Source: Dictyostelium discoideum | Taxonomy: Eukaryota | Length of the DNA stretch: 64,000 nucleotides | Reading direction: 5' to 3' | NCBI GenBank assembly: GCA_000004695.1 | Contig: CM000151.3 | Coordinates: 1,280,001 to 1,344,000 of the forward strand | Part shown: in pieces, positions 38,263-57,306 of the stretch | Layout: each line of letters begins with the position of its first letter | Numbering within the stretch: position 1 is the stretch's first letter | The notes under the pieces: generated by a model | The model's input: only the letters and a program-made list of their open reading frames with translations | What the model was told of the DNA's origin: nothing | Database searches by the model: none | Made by a program: the position numbers and the translations under genes

Positions 38263-41200
38263 CCTAATAATTATACAGATATTTCCAAAATCTAGTTATA
38301 TCAAAAGAACTTGTATTTTATCAATTCCCACAAAAAATTAATGAAGTAACATATGATTATGGAGACTATCCTTGCAGTCCGATTGATCAAGAGCTACCTG
38401 GAACATTTGCCTTGTGAGTATTGAAATATTTTTTTTTTTTTGACTACTAAAATTATTTATTAAAAAAAAAAAAAAATAATATTCTAAAATAATATTTTAT
38501 TTTTAGTTATTTTTATTGTAAAACTATTTCGGGAACAACAATAAAAATATCACACATAATGAAACCTTCAATTTTTTATTTTAGAAATAGTTTTGTACAT
38601 TTCGAAAATGATGTTGTTGCAACTCATAATATCTCAACGATTTCATTTTCAGTGTTTTCATTAAGCTTTGCAGATTTTTCTAATTTTATAAGTTTGGGAA
38701 TTTTCCAAATAACTTTCAATCAAGATTTTGTTATTTCATCAATACAAAACTTTTCAACCATTAAATCAAATTCCATCTCAATAGATCACAACCAAAATAA
38801 TTTCTATCCATTTTATGTACCAATAAATAACTCCACTCAATCATTATCAATAGCGGCACTATTTGAAAAACCAAATTCAATGATAGATCTTTCAAGTTAT
38901 GGTTTTAAACATTTACTTTTATCGAAAGTTGGAGAAAAGTTTAATTTAAATGGTGAGATTCCGATAATTCCACCCACTAGTAGCAATTTTTTAATAAACT
39001 TAGGCAATTTTAATGTATTTCCAAACTTAACAAAATTTTCTGGGACTTTTAGTTCATCTGGGTCTAACTTTTCAATTGCTTTACCATCACATTCAGGTAA
39101 AAGTACAATGGTGTCTTTAGTAAATAATAACTTTTTTGGAACAATTGATGAATCTTGGTGCAATGCCAATTTGATAGTCACCGGTAATAAATTAACAGGG
39201 TATGTTTAAATTAATAAAAAAATAATCCATATAAATCTAAATATATCTAACTTTATAATTTTTTTTTTTTATTAATAGAAAAATACCTACATGTTTTACC
39301 TGTTATTTTTCAGATATCTCATTTTTTAATTATTTTTCTGGTAACCAATTTACAAACTACAACCAATCAATTGGGTGTTCTGAATTTGCACCAAGATTTG
39401 AATTGTTGGACATTTCAACCAATACTTTCCGTGTAACAGGTATTAATATAGGGTTTAACCCAAGATATTGGTTATTAAACTCAGTTGACTTTCTAAATAG
39501 TTACCAAGCTATCTCAACGGGATATGAATATGTTGTATCGTATATATTTGCAAGAATACCTAATCCAAAATACTTTAATGTTACATTTGTTCATCCAGCA
39601 CCATCACAAACAATATACTTCCCTCTTGGTGATCAATTACCAAATCCAACCGGTATTAAAATAACATCAAATCAATTAATAATTACAGGTGAATTATTTT
39701 CAAGTTATATGGGTTACTCAAATCAATCAGTCCAATTTGAAGAATCATCTACTAATTGTACAATAAAAGATGGTAATTTCTTTAATATAACTTGTGAATT
39801 TGTACCATCATCTATTTCTACCTTAACATACCCAACAATCATTAAAATTAAAAATGATAATTTAATAAGAAGAGTAATTGTCAATCCATTAATTGGACAA
39901 TTAAATCAAATTCCATGTCCCAATAATTGTGATGATCTTATTAATAAAATCTGTGATCTTTCTAAGGGTATCTGTGTCTGGAAAATTTGTAAAAATGATT
40001 GTGGAATTTTTGGCGAATGTAATGATCAAACTGGAGAGTGTGATTGTGATTCAAATCATCAAGGTCCAAACTGTTCTATACCATTTATACAATGCCCAAC
40101 AGGTTCAAATTCTTTAATTTGTAGTAGTGTAGATTATAATATGTGTAACAATCAAACTGGTATTTGTACTTGCTCAACAAATCAACAAGGTCAAAATTGT
40201 TCATTACCATTTAAACAATGTCCAGTTGGTTTGGATTCCTTAATATGCAGTGGAGGTAATAGCAATTGTAATAATCAAACAGGAGTTTGTTATTGTGATT
40301 CAAATCATCAAGGTTCAACTTGTTCAAAACCATTTAAACAATGTCCAACGGGTCTAAATTCTTTAATTTGTAGTAGTGTAGATAATAATATGTGTAATAA
40401 TCAAACTGGTGTTTGTACATGTTCTCCTAGTCAACAAGGTCAAGATTGCTCATTACCATTTAAGCAATGCCCAGTTGGTTTGGATTCCTTAATATGCAGT
40501 GGAGGTAATAACAATTGTAAAAATCAAACAGGTATTTGTTATTGTGATTCAAATCATCAAGACTCTGATTGCTCATTACCATTTAAACAATGTCCAGTTG
40601 GTTTGGATTCTTTAATTTGTAGTGGGGGTGATAACAACTGTAATAATCAAACTGGTGTTTGTACATGTTCTCCAAATCATCAAGACTCTGATTGCTCATT
40701 ACCATTTAAACAATGTCCAGTTGGTTTAGATTCTTTAATTTGTAGTGGGGGTAATAACAATTGTAATAATCAAACTGGAATTTGTTATTGTGATAGTAAA
40801 TTTACAAATGATAACTGCTCAAAACCAAATCAATATATATCATCTGTTTCACCATCGACCACAAATGGAGGTGAAGCATCATTTTTTGGTTGGTTTGGAG
40901 ATATTCATTCAAATCCATCATTATTAATTGGAGCTCAACAATGTCAACCAATTACATATAATTCTTCAATCGAAATTAGATGTATTGCACCACCAGGTAA
41001 TGGAGTATATGATATTACTTTTAATCAAAATGATATCATGTATCAATTAAGAAATGGTTACAGCTATCTTGAAATTTTTAGAAATTGCCCAAACAATTGT
41101 ACAAATTCAAATCAAGGAAATTGCAATACTTCAAATGGAGAATGTAATTGTATAAACAATTATTACTCATTCGATTGTAGTTTAAAAAGAAATAATAATA

Positions 41201-42042
41201 CAGGTGGTAACAATGGTGGTAATCCATCAATCGATCCATCAACAGGTGGAACTAATATTACTGATAATCAAGTAAATTTCCAAATTTATTTTAAAAATTT
41301 ATTTGAAATCGATTTCAACGGTAATATTGTAAATCAATATTCATTACAAAGTAATTGGACTCTCAATAAAACTAAAGATTCACAAGAAAATAATATTTAT
41401 AAATTGACTCAAATCATTCAACAATCATGTGAAATTGTAACATTGATCGAAGAAATCTCAACATATAAACAATATTCATTTGCAGGCTCAACATTCACAT
41501 TAGATGCTGGTTCAATTAAATTAACAATTTCAATATCAAATTATATTTATAAAAGCAGTTTAAATACATTACAACTTCAATTAATATCATCAGTAGATAA
41601 CGAAAATGAAGAATCAGATTGTAATATTAAACAAGTTTCAACAAATGAAACCAATACATCCTCATTTAAATATATTAAAATTTCAAAAGATAATAGAGTC
41701 CTTCAAGGTAGATTCATTAATCAAATACTATCAGATGGAAGACCAACATATTTGTCAACTGATATTAAAAGTGATGGTAATTCAGTAATTGCAACATTAA
41801 ATCTACCACATTTTGTAAATCAATCAATTATCGATCCAGACTTTTCAGTTTTACTCGAAACTGATTTTAAATCAGAATGTGACAATAAAAACTCTCGTAA
41901 ATGGTTAATACCAGTTGCTGTGACAGTCCCAATCGTTGGTCTTTGTTGTATTGGAGTGATTGTATATTTTTTATATAGAAAACATTTTATTGAGATACCT
42001 CTAAAAGTTAAATTAGAAAGTATTGGAAATAAAATAAAATAA
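37794..42042 (+). CDS. copy 4 of the LRR-EGF-IPT TM family, intact and the longest (1296 aa, nine EGF-like modules); exons about 37794..38002, 38117..38206, 38279..38413, 38507..39199, 39279..42042
   Basis: ATG 37794. Exon 1 is 209 nt and ends GA|GTATGT. Exon 2 ends AT|GTAGGT. Exon 3 ends TT|GTGAGT after a poly-A40 intron. Exon 4 ends GG|GTATGT. Exon 5 starts after TTAATAG at 39278 and ends TAA at 42040-42042. Exon lengths 209+90+135+693+2764 total 3891 nt, a multiple of 3, with consistent phases 2,2,2,2. The C-terminal TM is WLIPVAVTVPIVGLCCIGVIVYFLY. Confidence 0.75.
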
Positions 42043-42779
42043 TATTAAATAAAATAAAAATAAATAAACAAATAAAATGATAAATTGTCACTATTATTTT
42101 ATTTTTTATATTATTTGTAAATATTATTTAAAAGATTAAGTTTTTATTTTTTTTATTTTTTTTTATTTTTTTTTTAGGTTTAAAAAATTAATTTTTTTTA
42201 TAATAATAATTTGGTCACTAAATGAAATTTCCAAACCTACCTGAAAAGAATATTCTAAACCAAAAAGAAAATTCTTATAATGTTAATCAAAACATTCAAA
42301 TCTGGCAAAAAAAAAAAAAAAAAAATGGAAAAAAAAATGAAAAAATAGCAAAGATTAAATTTTAATTTTTTTTTTTTAACAAAATTAATTATTAGACGTA
42401 AAGATGACGACTGAACATTTGATTTTTTTTTTAAAAAAGATCTTTGAGGCTACCCAAAAAAAAATGAAGAGGTAAAGTAGATATTAAAAAAAAAAAAATC
42501 CTAAAAAAAAAAAAATATCCAAAAATAAAATCAAAAATGTTTATTTCCCAATAAATATCTCAAATCATTTGTTCTTTTTTTTCAAAAATGAGATTACCAT
42601 ATCATTTCAAATAAAACCAATTTTATTATCAAAATAAATTATGGCAGTTATTAAAAAAATAAATGGATATGTTTTTTTACTTACCGAAGATTTTTTTTTA
42701 AATTGATAGTAAAAAAAAAAAAATCTTAATTTTTTTAACATTTTCCATTTTCCATTTTTTTTATAATAATTAGATTTTA

Positions 42780-45700
42780 ATGGGGAAATTTATTATTTGT
42801 TTTTTGTTGTGTTCAATGTTTTTTTGTTATGTTAATTGCATTGAACCTCCAATAGATGAATATAATTGTTTCCTAAATTTTATTACAAAAATAAACCTTT
42901 TTTCATTATTTCCAAAAACCAATGCCACTCACTATGATTTTTGCACAGGATATATAAAGTGTGATGGAGTTACTGGAACAATAAAAGAGTATGTATTTTA
43001 TTATTTTATTTTTTTTATATTATTTTAACTAACTTTATTAAATTTTTTATTAAAGTGTAACTATTTTAAACACTTTAAAAAGTGGATATAATAACCAATC
43101 GATTTTAGCAACAGACTTAGTGTGCCTTCCTAATTTAAATAGAATGTATGTGTATTTAAAACAATGAAATAAAATAAAATTGCTATTAAACATGTTTATT
43201 ATACTTTTATAGAAATCTCCAAAATCTAAATATATCTAAACAGCTTGTTTTTTATGAATTCCCACAAAAAATTGGTCAAGTAACATATAATTATGGAGAC
43301 TATGAGTGTAGTCCAATTGATCAAAAACTACCTGAAATTCCATCTTTGTAAGTTTGGCAAAATCCTTTTTTTTTCTTTTTTTTAAAAATTAAAATTATGG
43401 TATTCTAAAATAATATTTTATTTTTAGTTATTTTTATTGTAAATCCATTTCTGGAACAACATTTAAAATCTCATACATAACAAAACAGACAATCTTTTAT
43501 TTTGGAGATAGTTTTGTACATTTCGAAAATGATGTTCTTGAGACTCATAATATCTCAATGGTTTCATTTACAGCATATTCGTTAAACTTTGCTGACTTTT
43601 CAAATTTTAAAGGTTTGGGATTTTTCAAGATGACTTTCAATCAAGATTTTATTATTTCATCAATACAAAACTATTCAACCATTAAATCAAATTCCATACA
43701 AATTGAGCACGACACAGATTTTCCCTATCCATTTTATATACCAATAAATAATTTCACTCAAAGATTATCAGTATATGCACGTTTTGAAAAACCAAGTTCA
43801 ATGATAGATCTCTCAAGTTTAGTTTATTCGGATTTATCTCTTTCGGGAGTAGGCGACAAGTTTAATTTTAATGGTGAGATTCCGATAATTCCACCACCTG
43901 GTTGCAATTTTATAATAATGCATGGTAATTTTAATGTATTTCCAAATTTTACATATTTTACAGGTGGCTTTACTTCTTTTCAGTCAAACTTTTCAATATC
44001 CTTGCCATCCTATTCAGGTAAAAATACAATGTTTTCAATGATAAACAATAACTTGATTGGAACAATTGATGAATCTTGGTGCAATGTCAATTTGATAATT
44101 TATAATAATAAATTAACAGGGTATGTTTAATTAAAAATTAAAATAAAAATTAATTATATTAAAAAATAAATAAATATAAAAATAAACAAATTTAACTTTA
44201 TCTAACTTTTTTTTAATAATAGAAAAATACCTACATGTTTTACTTGTTATTTTTCGGATCCTGCGGTTTATACTTCTTTTTCTGGTAACCAATTTACAAA
44301 CTACAACCAATCAATTGGGTGTTCTGAATTTGCACCAAGATTTGAATTGATGGATTTTTCAACTAAAACTTTCCGTGTAACAGGTATTAATATAGGCTTT
44401 ACTCCTATGAATTGGTTATTAAACTCAGTTTACTTTCCTTATAGTTTCCAAGATATCTCAACGGGATATGAATATGTTGTGTCGTATTTATTTTCAATAA
44501 TACCTAATCCAAAATACTTTAATGTTACATTTGCTCATCCAGAACCATCACAAACAATATACTTCCCTCTTGGTGATCAATTACCAAATCCAACCGGTAT
44601 TAAAATAACATCAAATCAATTATTAATTACAGGTGAATTATTTTCAAGTTATATGGGTTACTCAAATCAATCAGTCCAATTTGAAGAATCATCTACTAAT
44701 TGTACAATAAAATATGGTAATTTCTTTAATATAACTTGTGAATTTGTACCATCATCTATTTCTACCTTAACATACCCAACAATCATTAAACTTAAAAATG
44801 ATAATTTAATAAGAAGAGTTATTGTCAATCCATTAATTGGACAACTAAATCAAATTCCATGTCCAAATAATTGCGATGATCTTAATAATAGTATTTGTGA
44901 TCTTAATCAAGGTATTTGTATCAGTTGTGTAGATGATTGTGGAATATTCGGTGAATGTAATTTTCGAACCAGAACCTGTGATTGTGATTCAAATCATCAA
45001 GGTCCAAATTGTTCTATACCATTTATACAATGTCCAACAGGTTTAAATTCTTTAATTTGTAGTAGTGTAGATTATAATATGTGTAACAATAAAACTGGTG
45101 TTTGTACTTGTTCTCCAAATCAACAAGGTCAAGATTGTTCATTACCATTTAAACAATGCCCAGTTGGTTTGTATTCGTTAATATGCAGTGGAGGTAATAA
45201 CAATTGTAACAATCAAACAGGTATTTGTTATTGTGATAGTAAATTTATAAATGATGATTGTTCAAAACCAAATCAATATATATCATCTGTTTCACCATCA
45301 ACCTCAAATGGAGGTGAAGCATCATTTTTTGGTTGGTTTGGAGATATTCATTCAAATCCATCATTATTAATTGGAAATCAACAATGTCAACCAATTACAT
45401 ATAATTCTTCAATCGAAATTAGATGTATTGCACCACCAGGTAATGGAGTATATGATATTACTTTTAATCAAAATGATATCATGTATCAATTAAGAAATGG
45501 TTACAGCTATCTTGAAATTTTTAAAAAATGTCCCAACAATTGTACAAATTCAAATCAAGGAAATTGTAATACTTCAAATGGAGAATGTAATTGTATAAAC
45601 AATTATTACTCATTCGATTGTAGTTTAAAAAGAAATAATAATACAGGTGGTAACAATGGTGGTAATCCATCAATCGATCCATCAACAGGTGGGACTAATA

Positions 45701-46485
45701 TTACTGATAATCAAGTAAATTTCCAAATTTATTTTAAAAATTTATTTGAAATCGATTTCAACGGTAATATTGTAAATCAATATTCATTACAAAGTAATTG
45801 GACTCTCAATAAGACTAAAGATTCACAAGAAAATAATATTTATAAATTAACACAAATCATTGAAATATCATGTGAAATTGTAACATTGATCGAAGAAATC
45901 TCAACATCTAAACAATATTCATTTGCAGGCTCAACATTCACATTAGATGCTGGTTCAATTAAATTAACAATTTCAATATCAAATTATATTTATAAAAGCA
46001 GTTTAAATACATTACAACTTCAATTAATATCATCAGTAGATAACGAAAATGAAGAATCAGATTGTAATATTAAACAAGTTTCAACAAATGAAACCAATAC
46101 ATCCTCATTTAAATATATTAAAATTTCAAAAGATAATAGAGTCCTTCAAGGTAGATTCATTAATCAAATACTATCAGATGGAAGACCAACATATTTGTCA
46201 ACTGATATTAAAAGTGATGGTAATTCAGTAATTGCAACATTAAATCTACCACATTTTGTAAATCAATCAATTATCGATCCAGACTTTTCAGTTTTACTTG
46301 AAAATGATTTTAAATCTGAGTGTGATACTTACAACTCTCGTAAATGGTTAATACCAGTTGCTGTGGCAGTTCCAATCTTTGGTGTTTGTTGTATTGGAGT
46401 GATTATATATTATTTTTATAGAAAACATTTTATTGAAATACCACTAAAAATAAAATTAGGAATTATTGGGAATAAAATAAAATAA
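42780..46485 (+). CDS. copy 5 of the LRR-EGF-IPT TM family, apparently intact (three EGF-like modules); exons about 42780..42988, 43075..43170, 43215..43345, 43448..44120, 44222..46485
   Basis: ATG 42780 with signal peptide MGKFIICFLLCSMFFCYVNC. The LRR-like exon is the ORF 43558..44130 region and the last exon is ORF 44347..46485, open upstream to about 44222. This copy is most similar to copy 3 (same FTPMNWLLNSVYFPY, ISCVDDCGIFGECNF variants), suggesting that copies 3 and 5 and copies 2 and 4 are sub-lineages. TAA at 46483-46485 lies about 80 bp from the stop of the convergent minus-strand gene. Confidence 0.75.
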
Positions 46486-46565
46486 ATAAAAAACCATTAT
46501 ATTAAAATTGTCGCTGTTATTACTTTATTTTATTTAATTTTTTAATTTATTTGTAAATATTTATT

Positions 46566-51617
<5,052 letters not shown>

Positions 51618-51919
51618 TCTTTTTCAAAATTATCATTATTATTATTAACAAATATAATAAAAAAAAAAACAAAAATAAAAAGAAGAAAAAAAAAAATGAA
51701 AAAAAAAAAAAAAAAAAAAATATCGGCAATTTTCAGTCAATTTTCATACTAAATTTTTGAGATTGCTTGGAAAAAAAAATTAAAATGTGAAAAAAAATAA
51801 AAATAAAAAAAATTAAATAATTAAAAATAAAAATAGATTTATTATTATTATATATATATAAATATAAAATTTACAAATTAAATTATTTTTTATTTATTTA
51901 ATTAAAAATACATTATAAT

Positions 51920-51954
<35 letters not shown>

Positions 51955-51956
51955 CC

Positions 51957-53399
51957 TCAAGATGTAAAAGCTTCTTTTTCTTCAGGTAAAATTTCAATAT
52001 TAATATTTAAAGTGACACTATTTTGAATTACAAAACCAGTTTGTGTAGTTACTAAAGAATTATTTATAAATGATCTCCAACCCCATTTATTTTCGGTATG
52101 GAATATATTTGTTGATGCTAATTTTCTATTTCTTGTGAAATCTTTATTTAATAATTCAAATGAAAATTGAACTTTTGATGGTGTTTGATCATCAAATTTA
52201 TATAAATAAATTGATAAGAAATCTTTTGATTCATCACTTAGGCCGCCATTGGGATAGAATTGAATTTTAAATTTTAAATTTCCAACCATAAATTCGGGAG
52301 ATTCGATTGACTTTGGTTTTGGATAATCTTGTAATTTTTGTGACCAATTTGTGATAACCCATTTATTTTGATAATTAAATTTCAATTCTCTAATTACTTT
52401 TAATTCAGATTGCAATATTTTAAAATCATCTTTAAGTCGGTTATATTCCAATTCTAATTTCTTATATTCCTTTTCAGATTTTTCAAATTTACATATATGT
52501 TGGTCGATTGTTGCTTCCATGTATTTACTATGGTCGATTAATTTCATGTGTTCGGACAACTCGGATCTTGGAAATTCTAGCATACATCCTGCTTCTCTAT
52601 ATTTACATTGTATCACTGTGAATGGACATTCATTCTCTATATGGTATTTTATTCTACCTCTTTCGATTGTGCAATTGAATGTGGGCGAATTACAATTTTG
52701 TGGACATTTAATTGGAAACTTTTCACATTCGGAATAGTGTACTTTACTATCATCAATCACCAACCCTTTCTCACCACAAAACTCACATTCTGATTTCAAC
52801 TTTTTACATTTCTCTGCATGGTCTTTTAATTGATTCTTTCTTAATCTTGTTTTACATTCCTTATCATTTGGACATTCAATAAATTGAAATTGACATTCCT
52901 TTATATGACCTTCTAACTCATCAACTTTTAAAATCTCTTTACAACCAAATTTTTCATCAATTTCAATTTTACCAGAATTTAAAATTCTAAATAAATTTGG
53001 ACAAAATATTTTTTTATTTCTAAATTCCTATTTGTGTATCAAAAAAAAAAATATATTTTTAAAATTATTAATAAAAAAAAAAAAAAATTGAAAAAAAAAA
53101 AAATTATTATTTTTACAAACCTTTTGTAAATAAATATTTTTTGATAATGAATCTACGGAATTCACTCTTGTTCTACATGTCATACATTCTTTTTTTGATT
53201 CCAAAGATTTCATCCAACATAATCTACAATGAACATGTCCTTCTTTACATTGTAAAGCTTCACATTTATTTACATCCATTATACATTCTTCACAAATTGG
53301 ACAATTAAAATTTTCTGATAAAGAAACTGGATCAACAATTAAATCATTTATTGTAAATTTTATTGGTGTAATATTTAATTGTGAAATTGTTGTTGTCAT
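51957..53399 (-). CDS. TRAF-like protein: RING finger, TRAF-type zinc fingers, coiled coil and MATH domain; two exons, about 53399..53121 and 53027..51957
   Basis: Exon 1 from ATG 53399 holds a C3HC4 RING (CPICEECIMDVNKCEALQCKEGHVHCRLCWMKSLESKKECMTCR) and ends AAG|GTTTGT. Exon 2, after AAATAG, has TRAF-type Zn fingers (CPNLFRILNSGKIEIDEKFGCKEILKVDELEGHIKECQFQFIECPNDKECKTRLRKNQLKDHAEKC..., HYSECEKFPIKCPQNC...HIENECPFTVIQCKYREAGC), then a coiled coil and a MATH domain (VITNWSQKLQDYPKPKSIESPEFMVGNLKFKIQFYPNGG...). The ORF-track M at 52799 is TTG, and the frame is open upstream to the acceptor. Confidence 0.75.
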
Positions 53400-53453
53400 T
53401 ATTATTAATTTAATTTAAATTATTTTTTTTATTTTTAGAATATTTAATTTAAT

Positions 53454-53490
<37 letters not shown>

Positions 53491-53559
53491 TTTTTTTTAT
53501 TTTAAGAATATTTATTATTATCTGTTTGTTTTACTCCAATATTAATTTTTTTACTATAA

Positions 53560-53591
<32 letters not shown>

Positions 53592-54018
53592 AAAGAAAAA
53601 AAAAATTCTAATTTTAAATTCTAATGATAATAATTTTCTTGTTTAAAAATAAATTATTTAAAAACTGGTAAAACAGACTGGTTTTATTTTCATTTTTTTA
53701 TGATTTTTTTTTTTTTTTTTTGTTTTTTTTTTCTGTTTTTTTATGAAAAAAAAAAGCTGGGATCATTTACCCGTATTAAAACAAAAACAAAAAATTTATA
53801 AATATCATTTCAAAAAAAAAAAAACAAAAATAAAAAAAAAAAAATAAAAATAATTATTTGAATTGATCTTTGATGACAATTGACCAGTGCACATGCTCTC
53901 TGATTTTTTAAAAATGCGCAAAATGTCATAAAAATAAATGCAAAAATAAAAAAAAAAATAAACTAATCTTAAAATGAATAAATTACAACCTTAAAGTTGT
54001 TTAAAGACACAACAATTC

Positions 54019-54072
<54 letters not shown>

Positions 54073-54435
54073 TTTTATTAAAATATTGTTGGTTGTTTTT
54101 GATTCAAGGGAAATAAATAAATAGATTTTTTTTTTTTAGCCAACAGAAGTGTATGTTTTTTTTTTTTTTTAATATCTATACAAGGTTGGGTTTTTTTTTC
54201 TTGTTTATTCCTAAGATTTTTTTTTTTCCTTTTTTTTTTTTTTAATTATTTTTATTTTTTTTATTTTTTATTATTGTATTTAGTTTTTTCTAAAAGTTGT
54301 GTTACAAATATTGGTAGTTTATGAAGAGATGGAGTTTTTGATTATTGTTTTTTTTTTTTTTTGTTTAGTTTATTTTGATTTGTAGTGAAAGGTTTGTTTT
54401 TTTTTTTTTTTTTTGTATTGGAGAGGTTTATAGTT

Positions 54436-56074
54436 TTAATGATTTGAAGTAGTTGTTGTTGTTGTAGTTGTGGTTGTGTTGTTAGTTGTTGATGAAGTAG
54501 TGTTGGTTGTAGAAGGTGATTGAACAGGAATTGAATTTGGAGTAGAAGAAGAGGAGGAGGTAGTTGAAGGTGAAGCAGAATGAGAATTTAAATTTGATGA
54601 CACATTTGCATTTGAATTTGAAGAGGAGGATTGATTAGAAGAAGAGATTGCCAAATTTGGGAATAAAGGTGATGGCAATTCAATTTGATTCATAGCATGT
54701 GATGGAATTAATGTTTTGGCTAGTTTTGGACCGATTGAAGTTTGTTCTGCGATTGTAAAGTTGAAGAGGGGTGGTAAAGGTTTACCATCTGGAAGACATG
54801 TCTTTGGATCTCTTAATTCATCAAAGAATGGATGTGCACAAATTTCAACTGGCTTTAATCTTGAGGATGGATCATAAAGTAAGATTTTTGAGATTAAATC
54901 AATTGATTCGGCCGGTACATCCTTAGCTTTGAATACTCTTGGCCATGGGTTTGCTTTGATCTCTGGGAATTTAAATGAGGTATAATATGGATTCATTGCA
55001 TGAATTTGTTCTTTGGTTGGTGTACCCAATACCTTTATAATCTCTACCAATTGGTCAATACCATTCTCACCAGGGAATAACGGTTGACCCAATAATAATT
55101 CTGCCAAAACACATCCTAATGACCAAACATCAATAGTTGTAGTATAGTTTGTTGATCCAAAAATTAATTCTGGTGCACGATAATGTCTTGAACAAATATA
55201 AGAAACATTAGTTTCTCCTTTAATTAATATCTTTGCACTTTAATAATTAAGTAATATATAAAAAAAATATATAAAAAATAAAGTTAGTATCAAAAAAAGG
55301 GTAAAAAAAAAAAAGTATAGAGAAAATTTACCTTCCAAAATCGCAAAGTTTTAATGTACTGGTTGATGTATCCAACAATAAATTTTGAGGTTTAATATCT
55401 CTATGACAAATTCCAAGTGAATGAATGTAGTTTATTGATCTACACAATTGATATATATATAACTAAAGTTTTTTTTAAAAAAAAAAAAAATTTACTTAGA
55501 AACATTTTCTAAATCTTTCTTGTTATCAATGTTATTAGTTTAATGTTTTAATTACCTTTACAAAAATGTTTGGAACAGGTTGTTTAGACATACTATAGTG
55601 TCTTGAAACTCTGTAAACTGTATCTGGCACATATTCCAATACTAAATTTAAATAAACTTCATCATTCTAGAAATTTGTAAAAGAATTGTTAGAAAATTAT
55701 GTTATTAATTGATCAATATATGTGAATGAATGAATATTAAATATATTTACATCTGATGTGTAGAAACTATTTTTTAATGAAACTATATTTATATGATTTA
55801 ACATCTTCATGATTTGTAATTCTCGATTCTATATTTATAAGAAAAAAGTTAATATACTTGGTTTTTTTTTTTGTTATTAATTTATGGACAAAAAATAATA
55901 ATTTACCTTGTATCTTTGGTCTTGTAAAACCTTTTTTATTGCTACAACCTCTTTGGTATCAGCCACAATTGCTTGAGTGACGACACCAAATGAGCCATTT
56001 CCAATTACCCCCTCTGTTATATAACAAACTCCATTTGATTTAATGATTACTTTATCAAATTTATTTGATCTTGG

Positions 56075-56108
<34 letters not shown>

Positions 56109-56245
56109 GTTGTTGTTGTTGTCTTTTTATTGCCATTATCATCTGTCTCCTTTTTATCTTTCTCTGTTGTGTAATAATATTAGTAATAAGTTATGTGTAT
56201 GATAAATAATAAATAAGAAAGATTTCTTACCCAATATCTGATCCT
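54436..56245 (-). CDS. gskA: glycogen synthase kinase-3 (GSK-3), six coding exons
   Basis: ATG 56245 (MSSKDQILG|GTAAGA). Successive exons encode ...[35 protein letters not shown] | [26 protein letters not shown] | [37 protein letters not shown] | [44 protein letters not shown] | [102 protein letters not shown]...[11 protein letters not shown], then a Ser/Thr-rich tail. Identity to animal GSK-3beta is about 70% through the kinase core. The last exon is ORF 54436..55107, extended to about 55250. Confidence 0.9.
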
Positions 56246-56648
56246 TTGAACTCATTTTAAAGTTTTTTTATTATTATTATTATTATTTTATTTTTGAGTT
56301 TTTTTTTATTTTTTTTTTATTTTTTTTTTATTTTTGGTGATGTTATCTATTCTATTTGTAAAAGTTAAAGTTAATATTAAATTTCATGAAGATTGTTATA
56401 TTAAAATAATGAAACAAAAAAAAAAAAAAAAAAAAAATTTTAATTTTAAAAAAAAAAAAATTTTAAAAATTAATTTTAAAAAAAAAATTAAAAAATAAAA
56501 AAAAATAAAAAGTTGATTGATTTATGTGTATAGTGATTAGAAAAAAGAAAGAGGTGTATTGATATTTTATATTATTAAATTGTTATTATTATTATTATTT
56601 TTTTTTTTTTTTTAATTATTACAAAAATGTTTGTGTGGTTATTTAAAA

Positions 56649-56697
<49 letters not shown>

Positions 56698-57146
56698 ATT
56701 TTAAAATTTTTTTTTTTTTTTTTTTTAAAATTTTTTTTTCTTGGGTGTTGGTGTAAAGTGTTGGGTGTTTGATAAAAAATAATAAAAGAAAATAAATTAC
56801 CCACACAAAAAAAAAAAACAAAAAAAAAAACAAAAAAAGAAAAAGAAAAAAGAAAAAAGAATATGGTGATTGATTAATTGAATTATAATATGGAAAGTTA
56901 ATAATTTGGAAGTTTTCAAAAAATAAAAGAATAAATAAAAAAAAAAAAATAAATAATAAATAAATTAAATCTTTTATTAAAAACCATCCATAGTAAATTC
57001 TTGTTTTAATTTATTTATTTATTTATTTCTCTATTTTTTATATTTATTTATCTATTTGTATTTATTTATTTATTATTTATTTATTTATTTATTTTTTTTT
57101 TTTTTGATGCCCAAAATTAAAATTGGTTTATTTTAAGAAAAGAAAG

Positions 57147-57179
<33 letters not shown>

Positions 57180-57273
57180 CAAAGAATCAAATTAGATATT
57201 TACCTTACAGTGTGCTGTGCGATGGGTGATGTTTGTGTTGTTCAATCGATGATTATTTATTTTGGTTGCTTTG

Positions 57274-57306
<33 letters not shown>

